Source: Lingula anatina
Lineage: Eukaryota; Animalia; Brachiopoda
DNA length: 64,000 nucleotides
Direction of reading: 5' to 3'
Assembly (NCBI GenBank): GCA_051362555.1
Contig: CM120640.1
Coordinates: forward strand, 23,918,225-23,982,224
The position numbers were made by a program, and so were the translations under genes. The notes under the pieces are model-generated. The model was not told the DNA's origin. It did not search any database and saw only the letters and a list, made by a program, of their open reading frames with translations. This document shows positions 54,301 through 64,000 of this stretch, piece by piece. Every line of letters starts with the position of its first letter. The first letter of the stretch is position 1.

Positions 54301-57300
54301 GTACTACAGCCATGTTTGTGTCTTTCAGGAGATGCTGGGCCACATGGAGTGAACTTGGAAAGTGTTCAGTGATGAATGGGAAACTACAGAGGCTTAGAAT
54401 AAGATTTTCTAAGTATGGTGTCTGGAAAAAGACATGAAAATGTATGTAATCATTTAGCTACAACTGACAAATACTTAACAATCTGTATCAGTACACTAAC
54501 AATATTATGTTAATGCAAAATGATTGGTTTTCCAAAACACACACACCCACACATTCTTTATTCTCTTGAAATATCATACAGACTAATACTTTTAAGTACA
54601 ATCTTCTGCATTTGAAAAAAATCTAGACATATAGATCTATAACCTCACCCTCCAGTCCAAATGTGGGAACAATGTCAGTCTGTTCTCTTTCATGTCAACC
54701 ATGTCACACATCCTCCTCAGTCCACATACCACCTGGAATTAACAAATTGTATCCTAAATTTGAATAGCCCAAATATTAAATTTTAGAGAAACATTGAGTG
54801 ATATGATTAGTCTAATTTCATTATTTCATACAAGTTACTGCACACTGACAAGTTGTAAGATGGCATTTGAGGTCACAGTACAAAATTGTTCATAATTTTG
54901 CTTATTGATCACCTGAGCTACTCCTGCTAGGAAGGGTCCCAGTAGGTCCCTGTACAATGGATACTGCTCCTCCATCCTATGCACAAAGTGCCAGGCAGTG
55001 GCTTGCCAAGCTCCCACTTCCCTCAGACATCTTTTCATTTCTTGCAGTTCCTTGTCAGAAGACTGTGTGCTGCTCCAGCAGACCTGAAGCTTGTTCAACA
55101 TGGAGGTGACCTTCTCTACTGAGCAGACGCTTTGTAGAAATTGCCTGACATCTTGGAGCAGGACTGGGAACTAACATACAATAACATAAACATATATGCA
55201 GAGCAACCATCAAATCAAGTGTAACTACAATCTTTCTCTCGTTTTCCTAAAATGAACAACACGAAACTTGTCACTCTGAAGACTTGTGATCTATGTTCCT
55301 TATTCTTGAAAGCAATGGCAAAAAATATTATGCTGATTCATGCCCTGTAATAGCTTCTAATCAAGAGGAAATGAGAAAATAATATCTTAAAACATACCTG
55401 TGAAGGAGTAGGTCTTGTGGCAATCCTCTCTCCTAATTTATCTGCCTTGTTCCTCAGTAAGTCTCCTCTCTCAGCCAGATATCTTAATCTGGGATGTTGG
55501 TGTGCTACTGATTTCACATCCCATAATAAGCCGGTCTGCAGTTCATGGTTCCACTTTCTCACCCTCACCTCAGCGCCAATTTCATCAAGCTACAGGGAAT
55601 GAAATACAATTTGTACATGGCTGGCTGCTATCTAGTTTGTTTCTAGATATAACATTTTTCACTCATTAAAAATAATAATACATTGGTAAAATGCAGTAAT
55701 GTTATCTTTTGTCCAAGTAAATAGCATCAAACTACTTTTTCATTCTTGCTGCTAGATGCAAATTTTCAATTATGATAACATTATAATGTATTCATTTATG
55801 TATCATTGAAAACTCACCTCTTCTCCTATGTACTGTAACTTAATGGCTTGCTTTTCTATGGGATCTACAGGTCCCTGGGGAGCCAATAGAAAAACTTGTA
55901 ACAAGCCAACATAGGCTAGAGTACAAGAACAGGAAAACTCTTCATCTGAGTCCAAGAAATGTGTGACAGCAGTATGTACTGCATTGCCACAATCCTGCAT
56001 AAGATATGATTTTTTGGCGTGGACACATCTCTCCTTCTCTACGACAAATCTTTTGGTAATATCTTCCAGTAAATTCAAGACTGAGACTGGCAAAACTTGT
56101 TGTGCATTCAGGTCCCTGATTACAGACAATGCTGCTTTCTTGTTTATTTCTTTGGTGTCATCCTTGAAAACTTCAAAAATGGCATCTTCGAGATAACTGT
56201 GGTGCTCACCAGATGACAGAGAAGTCAGACATTTTAGAATCATCTTCAGTGATGAGGTCAACCACTTGTTATCAAGACAACTGGAAAATGAAAAGAAAAA
56301 TATTTATTGCTGGTTTGAATATCTCTTTCAGAACAAAACTGGTTTTGTAAATATAGACTAAGAAGTATAGAATCAAAATGACAATTTAGTTAACTCTGAG
56401 GATTACTCATGGTACTCAAAATATTTCTCTATGGAAACTAATTTATGAGTAATAAATTATGCCACAAGGCTATCCAATCTCTATGACACAGAAAAGTTTT
56501 CAGCAAGAGGGGGCTTGGTAACTTTTTCAAAGGGCAAAAACAATCACAACTTTGTGAAATCTAAGACAGTTACGACATAATTTATCAACAGTATAAATGC
56601 TTATATGATGAGATATCTAATCCAATTTACCATCTGTCCCAGTCCTCTGTGGCTACATTAGCTGCATGTACCCACAGCTGTCTGGAAAGTAACCTCATCT
56701 GGGCCACTTTCTCCTGAGACTGCCCAGCAGTGGCAGGAATCAATACGGCCGACATCTCGGTTCCACTGGCCCCTGGATGGCCCAGGTCATCCCCTAACAC
56801 CAGTCTGAAGACAGAGAAGCTCAATGATGGAGCACATGAGCTTCCGTGAGCCTGAAAGATATTTTTAAAACAGACCCTTAATAGTGAGATAAGGTCATTG
56901 AGAAATTGAGATTTTAATATAGTCTAATAATTAAAAAATGATTTTGCTGGTCTGTCTTTTAATTATCGACAAATTCAGAAAGACCAGGCATGAAATAACT
57001 AGTGAGTTACTGAATCTATATTCAAGAACGGAGACCACAGAATGGGATGTTTATCCCCAGTTTTTGAGACCTGAAACAACTTAGTTTCCACCCTTCCTGG
57101 GAAGGATACTAGTCTATTGAAGCCACTTCTCAACACACTATGCTAATTTGAACCCACTTGTTAATCTGGGCAAAGAGAGACACACATAGGAATTATGCAT
57201 AACAGCAACCATAGAACACAACAAAGATTGGTAAAAAACACAATAAAAAGATGCAATAAAAGGCATGACAAATAGAAAAAGCAATCATTAAATTCAACTA

Positions 57301-60300
57301 GATTTGTTCAAAGCTTTTCAATCTGAGATAATGAAGGTATGGAGCCTATAGTTCAATCACTGGCCTAACAATAACAAATTGTAAGTCCAGCTGCAATTTA
57401 AAGGTCAATCAAGGAGGTTAAATCCTGCTCTGAGGAAAACTATCAAGTGAAAGATTTTACACATTGGGTCTTGTGAACACTGCTATTGCTGGGTATCTGT
57501 TCCAGGGGATTTCCAGCATTTGACAAACTCTTGGAAATGACTAACAACCTGGTTTTAGTTTCTGTAGATATGCAAATTCATTGCCAACTTTTCTTTATTC
57601 ACTCACAGATATGGAAATTGGACAACAGCAATCACATTGTGGTTATGTGAGGAAATGTGGGTGAACCATGCCCTGACCATTTCTTCAGTTCCTTTAATTT
57701 GGTAATGTTTTGATTCGATGAAAATAACCCTGTCAAATCTTATATGCTCTTACAACTGAGTCACAAAAGATGTAGGTGGAAGAATCCAGGGTATAGATGA
57801 AGACAGAACATGTAGGAGCCTTTTGTCACTAGAGGATCAGAGAGGCGATACCGCCTCCGAATATTGTACCACCAGCTGGAGCAAGCGCATTCGTATAGAC
57901 CCCCACATACACAAAATAAGGGGTGCAGCCACCAGTCTTGTGCTTGACAAGCTGTAAAAATGCAATCAACAAGAATTTTCAAAATATGCAAAAAATATAT
58001 ATAACTAAAAATGGTGCAATCAAAGTTAAGTTCATTGTAAGGTAGGTCAAAGGTCAATTTCAAGGTCACAGTAAATTGCCAGTATATGACTTCCTATCCA
58101 ACTTCAATAGTAACTATGGACCTATCTCTGCCAGTTTTGGAGATAAAAGGGAAGCAAAATTTGCAAAGTTCAGTTCATGGTGAAAAGTAGGTCAAAGGTC
58201 AATTTCAAGGTCACAGTAAGATTGCCAGTATATGACTTCCTATTCAACTTCAATAGTAACTATGGACCTATCTCTGCCAGTTTTGGAGATAAAAGGGAAG
58301 CAAAATTTGCAAAGTTCAGTTCATGGTGAAAAGTAGGTCAAAGGTCAATTTCAAGGTCACATTTAGATTGCCAGTATATGACTTCCTATTCAACTTCAAT
58401 AGTAACTATGGACCTATCTCTGCCAGTTTTGGAGATAAAAGGGAAGCAAAATTTGCAAAGTTCAATTCATGATGAAAATTAGGTCAAAGGTCAATTTCAA
58501 GGTCACAGTAAAATTGCCAGTATATGACTTCCTATGCAAGTTCAATAGTAACTATGGACCTATCTCTGCCAGTTTTGGAGATAAAAGGGAAGCAAATTTT
58601 GCAAAGTTCAGTTCAAGGTGAAAAGTAGGTCAAAGGTCAATTTCAAGGTCACAGTAAAATTGCCAGTATATGACTTCCTATTCAAGTTCAATAGTAACTA
58701 TGGACCTATCTCTGCCAGTTTTGGAGATAAAAGGGAAGCAAAATTTGCAAAGTTCAGTTCATGGTGATAAGTAGGTCAAAGGTCAATTTCAAGGTCACAG
58801 TAAGATTGCCAGTATATGACTTCCTATTCAACTTCAATAGTAACTATGGACCTATCTCTGCCAGTTTTGGAGATAAAAGGGAAGCAAAATTTGCAAAGTT
58901 CAGTTCATGGTGAAAAGTAGGTCAAAGGTCAATTTCAAGGTCACATTTAGATTGCCAGTATATGACTTCCTATTCAACTTCAATAGTAACTATGGACCTA
59001 TCTCTGCCAGTTTTGGAGATAAAAGGGAAGCAAAATTTGCAAAGTTCAGTTCATGGTGAAAAGAAGGTCAAAGGTCAATTTCAAGGTCACAGTAAAATTG
59101 CCAGTATATGACTTCCTATGCAAGTTCAATAGTAACTATGGACCTATCTCTGCCAGTTTTGGAGATAAAAGGGAAGCAAATTTTGCAAAGTTCAGTTCAA
59201 GGTGAAAAGTAGGTCAAAGGTCAATTTCAAGGTCACAGTAAAATTGCCAGTATATGACTTCCTATTTAAGTTCAATAGTAACTATGGACCTATCTCTGCC
59301 AGTTTTGGAGATAAAAGGGAAGCAAAATTTGCAAAGTTCAGTTCATGGTGATAAGTAGGTCAAAGGTCAATTTCAAGGTCACAGTAAGATTGCCAGTATA
59401 TGACTTCCTATTCAACTTCAATAGTAACTATGGACCTATCTCTGCCAGTTTTGGAGATAAAAGGGAAGCAAAATTTGCAAAGTTCAGTTCATGGTGAAAA
59501 GTAGGTCAAAGGTCAATGTCAAGGCCACAGTAAGATTGCCAGTATATGACTTCCTATTCAACTTCAATAGTAACTATGGACCTATCTCTGCCAGTTTTGG
59601 AGATATAAGGGACTAAATGTTATAATTTTGGAGTTACCATAATGTGCCATAAATTTCCTACAGAAAAAATTAATTAAAATAAAGAAAAGGTCATTTTGGT
59701 CAAAGTTCTTGAAATGGGAGGTTCTCTGAAGTTGCAGAAGTTTAAATTTGATAAAATAATGTCATTTTTGACCACAAGTTGTCTGCTTTGCCAAGCATTA
59801 TGTTTTATTTTTCCGGAGTTCAAAATTTATTATCCATTACCGTACTGCACATTTTTACGGAAGCCGACTGGTGCCATATGTTGAAAAAAAAAATTATCTC
59901 GAAATTTCGAGATAGCATTTTTTTTGTTCAAATTTCAAAATACTATCTCGAAATTTCGAGATAAATTTTTTTGCTCAAATATCAAAATGCTATCTCGAAA
60001 TTTCGAGATAATTTTTTTTTTGTTCAAATTTCAAAATGCTATCTCGAAATTTCGAGATAAAAATTTTTTTTGTTCAAATTTCAAAATAGTATCTCGAAAT
60101 TTCGAGATAATTTTTTTTTCTACATATGGCACCAGTCGGCTTCCGTACATTTTCCTTTCACCACCAATATGTACTTTCTGATACAGCGTAACTCGAAAAC
60201 CGTATGGAATACAAAAAAACCGAGACCACCTCCAGTGTTGGGCTTTACATGCTCTACAAAATGCAAAAAAGAATGGGTCTCTAGCATTAACGGTTCCCGA

Positions 60301-63300
60301 ACTAGAGACAGTTTTCAGTTTCAGTATCTTATGGCCGCTACTCCTGTGAAAATGCACCGATTGACCCCAAATTCACGGAGATGAAAGATGACCTGAAGGG
60401 TAACACTTTCCAATAATATTATTGGTTAAGTCTGTGTGGCGTCTGAATAACAGGGCAAAAAAATTTTTTTCGTAAAAAATTTCATTTTTTTGAAAATTTT
60501 GACCCATTTGACCTTGAAGTAAAGGTCAAAGGTCAAATCCGAGGGTATATTTGAAATCTACACATATGACTTTTGGAAAGCCGTCTATAGAAATTTTTCC
60601 CGTAACTCCTTCTGTAGGGTAGATAATTAGCATTTAATTTTGCCATTTTTAGACAAGGGTGCATTGCAATGAGTGCCACACCCAGACCCCAATACCGACA
60701 AAGCCCAAATTTTACGTGGAACGAGTTGAGATTATAGGTGACCTAAATCCATGAGATGGGTACGGGGGCCCTTACCGTCCCAGGAGGAGAAGCGGTAACG
60801 GTAACATGGCGGCGGAGCCGGCGGAACGGACCGGACGGGACCGAAAATGGTGCAATCAAAACTACTAAAGATACCCACGCTAACGCTGGTGGTAAATTTT
60901 TTTGTTCAAATTTCAAAATAGTATCTCGAAATTTCGAGATAATTTTTTTTTCTACATATGGCACCAGTGGGCTTCCGTACATTTTCCTTTCACCACCAAT
61001 ATGTACTTTTTGATACAGCGTAACTCGAAAACCGTATGGAATACAAAAAAAACGAGACCACCTCCAGTGTTGGGCTTTACATGCTCTACAAAATGCAAAA
61101 AAGAATGGGTCTCTAGCATTAACGGTTCCCGAATTAGAGACAGTTTTCAGTTTCGGTATCTTATGGCCGCTACTCCTGTGAAAATGCACCGATTGACCCC
61201 AAATTCACGGAGATGAAAGATGACCTGAAGGGTAACACTTTCCAATAATATTATTGGTTAAGTCTGTGTGGTGTCTGAATAACAGGGCAAAAAATTTTTT
61301 TTTCGTAAAAAATTTCATTTTTTTGAAAATTTTGGCCCATTTGACCTTGAAGTAAAGGTCAAAGGTCAAATCCGAGGGTATATTTGAAATCTACACATAT
61401 GACTTTTGGAAAGCCGTCTGTAGAAATTTTTCCCGTAACTCCTTCCGTAGGGTAGATAATTAGCATTTAATTTTGCCATTTTTGGACAAGGGTGCATTGC
61501 AATGAGTGCCACACCCAGACCCCAATACCGACAAAGCCCAAATTTTACGTGGAACGAGTTGAGATTATAGGTGACCTAAATCCATGAGATGGGTATGGGG
61601 GGCCTTACCGTCTAGGAGGAGAAGCGGTAACGGTAGCCGTCCGGCGGAGCCGGCGGAACGATCCGGACGAGACCGAAACCATGTGTACCGCCAGCGCTAA
61701 CGCTGGTGGTACAATTATCATTTAGACAAAAGGAGGTGTTTCTGAAGGAGACAGGGTAGTTGTAATTTGCTACAAAGAAGCAGAGGAATGAGCTGATTAA
61801 TTACAGAGACACTTGTTTCAGAAAATTGGGATACTCACGACCTGTCTAATTTCTGTCTCTTCAATATCAGCTCCAGCCCCTGACATCTGTATCAATCTCT
61901 GTACCATGTGATCAAAACTGGTCATCTTTTGCTTCATCAACTGCAGACACATTTGACTTCTTAATTCCAAGAACAAGTCATCCTGAAAAATTAATGATAT
62001 GCCTAAAACATTAAACCAAAATACTGGCCCTTATTCATGACTCAGCAACAGTGAAAAGAAACCTCCAAAGATAAACATTTTTCAGATGGTTAACTTAAAT
62101 GCACTACCATTTATTACCTTTTGGCCTTCACGTAGAAACAGGGCATATGGTGCAATATGGTTGGCTTCCGCTGGTAAAAATGTCAGGCAATATTCTATGA
62201 AGGTTTGTATTTCTCCTTTGTTCCCTCCAGTGGTCAAATTTAACAATATCTTCTGCTCCTGTAGGAGTTCAAAATACAAACACACTGGCCACATTGCTAT
62301 CTTGGTGAGAAGACTGTCAGCTTTGAATGCCAATGGTTCCAGCGGTGTGTCCAATTCCATAGAGCTGGAGTGTGGAGTATATAAACTGTGCTTTGTCAAT
62401 TCCACTTCCAGCTCTGCAATGGCTTTATTGAAAGTTTCTGAAAGAGAAATTGATGACTTTTGAGTATGTTTAATGTCTTAAAGCTGTTAATTTTTTTCCT
62501 GACCACTCATCTTTGCATTACCCTATCCATGGCAAAAATTGACCAAAAAAGAAAACATTTCCAACACAATAAAATAAATCACCAGTCTTCACAAATACTT
62601 CAGCTATTATTTCAGAACAATCAATTCATCAATTCCTTGCATAAATCCCATTGCCAAGCAGATACCTAAATAGATAATAATATTTAGTTTTTTCTATATT
62701 GCACATTTATTCATTCATGTCAGTAATTCCATAGCTTTGGTGCACATATTTTGAATGCTCGATAACCATAAAATTTGTAAACTTTAGTCTTAAAACAGAA
62801 TGTTCTAAAAGTAAATGATTGAAAGTGGAACTTACCCAAATCAGCATCCTCGGATTGGCAATAAAGATCAGACATAAGCTGCACCAACTTATGCCTCACA
62901 GGTTCTCCATACTGGCACAGATAACAGGCAATCCTCTTCTCTTTTTTTCCAACATCTCCAAGTTGCACTCCTCCTGTGTTTAAACTGAGTGCTCTACTTA
63001 TGGCCTCCACAGACAACACAGCCCTTGCTGCTTCTTCAGATTTAAAAGGTCTAGGGCAGCCAAAGACCTTACTGATCTTCTGCTGGACTTTGCTGGCCTG
63101 GTTGTCCATGCTTAGGATGTCATCTAGCCTTCCTGTCACAGCCTTTAATTCTGCTGGAATACTGAAAAACCAAAATACAGCCAACTTGTTGAAATTGAGA
63201 ATGCTGCTTTGTACAAATTATACAATCATATTTTTGTGATACATCTAGTCAATTCAGAAGGAAGAAAGTCATTACTGTTTTTTGTGTGTTTGTTTTGTTT

Positions 63301-63740
63301 TGAAAATCAGTCTAACTCACTTATATGTAAAATGGTTTAAAGTATACTCACTTGTTTTGTCCAAACAACTGAAACAGTGTTTTCTCACATAGCCATCCCC
63401 AATGTAACGACAGCTGAGCCAACATGGTATCCATCTTTTTGTAACTCGTTTTGCAAACTTGGATGAAACGTGAGCGCCACAACAATGAAACCCAAACCTA
63501 AAATCAAAAATTCTTAATAGAGACCAAAAGGTTTTAGCAACATATCATTGTATTAACACGTTTATCAGAAAAATTCATAATGTTGAAGTGTCAGTCTAAG
63601 ATATTTACCTTTTGGAAGTGGTCATCAGTCAATTGTGTCAGAGAAGCAATCAGCTGCTTCAACATCTCATCTAACACATTCAGGAATGGTGCTAAATGTA
63701 ATAGCACAGGGTGGGGGACAGAGTTGGCATCTTGCCTTCC
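36383..63740 (-). CDS. MDN1: Midasin (MDN1/Rea1) AAA-ATPase ribosome biogenesis factor; 3' portion (linker, D/E-rich tail, MIDAS domain), continuing beyond the window
   Basis: Last exon 36383-36520 IPEIKSYMDHFPFPFYIILRDINSLPQTLSDALRQWFELVT. MIDAS exon GDYRTGKRLNMRKVIPYIASQFRKDKIWLRRTKPSKRNYQIMLAVDDSSSM (~37885-38058). LLLVVSDGRG (~36900), acidic tail exons 38.5-43 kb (MGDVDNPEADKLDEQIWG), FVKIARWND, DWPDHPTL, PQGPVDP. Many spliced exons up to ~63609-63740. Confidence 0.97.
46140..46147 (+). promoter_or_regulatory. TATA box of the nested gene
   Basis: TATAAATA 58 nt upstream of the ATG at 46198. Confidence 0.55.
46198..47757 (+). CDS. Nested antisense gene: uncharacterised small secreted cysteine-rich protein, 156 aa, 3 exons
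   Basis: Exons 46198-46282 (MAIVAMMCNFVICSLAFLLMTASRNEAF, signal-peptide-like, G|gtaagt), 46720-46931 (cag|...CAG|gtatgt) and 47584-47757 (cag|...TAA). Phases 1 and 0 join in frame, with 16 Cys after the leader. It lies inside an MDN1 intron (~45342-47946). Confidence 0.85.
49228..49446. mobile_element. PIF/Harbinger-type MITE, 219 bp, in an MDN1 intron
   Basis: TIR ccccctttacact(a/g)gacggcgtcctttctgcgtcc (~35 bp, one mismatch) at both ends; 3-bp TSD TAA at 49225-49227 and 49447-49449. Confidence 0.85.
58015..59612. repeat. 146-bp satellite, 11 copies, with a 4-unit (584-bp) higher-order period
   Basis: (t)aggtcaaaggtca recurs at 58043, 58188, 58334, 58480, 58626, 58772, 58918, 59064, 59210, 59356 and 59502. 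Diagnostic variants repeat at 584 bp (atttag 58361/58945; cctatgcaag ~58531/59115). Confidence 0.98.
59856..60147. mobile_element. TIR MITE (292 bp) with 6-bp TSD, IS3EU-like termini and an internal palindrome array
   Basis: Perfect 26-bp TIR tacggaagccgactggtgccatatgt; TSD CATTTT at 59850-59855 and 60148-60153; repeated internal palindrome tatctcgaaatttcgagata. The superfamily call rests on recalled TAY..RTA termini and 6-bp TSD and is tentative. Confidence 0.8.
60061..61712. repeat. ~832-bp tandem duplication inside the Helentron-type element
   Basis: 60061-60893 and 60894-61712 are near-identical (matching ORFs offset by 832: 60070/60902, 60357/61189). Copy 1 ends in a truncated subTIR cgctaacgctggtggt. 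Confidence 0.93.
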
Positions 63741-64000
63741 TAGAATGAACATGGTTTTTAATCAATGAATTGATCAATCTAATCATCATCAAACATACAA
63801 TATGCACTTTTCTTCATTCAAGGAAAGGCTCACTAAAGTAATCTGCACATCATACTGAATTTGACAACTTTTAAATTTTTTCTTAAATTCATTTCAATCC
63901 TCTAATTAAGAAAAAAAGGGAAATCTAAAAATGGTCTATGTTTGATCTAGCATTCATACCAACATTTTATAATCTTTAATATGTCCTGAAGTCATGCATT

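Larger units (their letters stand above)
57829..61715 (-). mobile_element. Non-autonomous Helitron/Helentron-type (HINE/DINE-1-like) element with central satellite, in an MDN1 intron
   Basis: 14-bp subTIRs attgtaccaccagc (57863-57876) / gctggtggtacaat (61702-61715). 5' hairpin gtaccgccagcg-ctaa-cgctggtggtac (61685-61712) with an adjacent GTCC-like microsatellite remnant. 3' GC hairpin gaggcg-atac-cgcctc (57842-57857) followed on the minus strand by CTAG|T (57832-57828). No TSD seen. Confidence 0.75.

Noticed and set aside
59696-61216. Duplicated 100-150-aa ORFs in the MDN1 intron
   Set aside because: They lie in MITE and Helentron-derived sequence, have no transposase or Rep/helicase motifs, and are duplicated only because the DNA is.

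Overview
AT-rich, intron-dense animal DNA, probably an invertebrate such as a mollusc (inferred from repeat types, not proven). Two large conserved genes converge tail-to-tail: the 3' part of a VPS13A/C-like lipid-transfer gene (+, <1-20840) and the 3' part of midasin/MDN1 (-, 36383->64000). Between them lies a ~13-kb block flanked by two diverged direct copies of the MDN1 3' end. That block holds the most unusual feature: a TATA/CCAAT/Inr-driven transcription unit (~24969-29932) built from tandemly amplified exon+intron units. It has 11 near-identical 52-nt exons separated by ~80-nt canonical introns, then exons filled with a different 52-bp repeat and a 70-bp repeat. No long ORF survives splicing, so it is a candidate repeat-modular lncRNA; a decayed Penelope-like GIY-YIG fragment follows it. 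MDN1 introns contain an antisense nested 3-exon gene for a 156-aa secreted Cys-rich protein and a Harbinger-type MITE. They also contain a ~3.9-kb Helentron/HINE-type element with a 146-bp satellite (a perfect DR1 motif per unit), a nested TIR MITE with a 6-bp TSD and an 832-bp internal duplication. All calls are by-eye readings without database searches.
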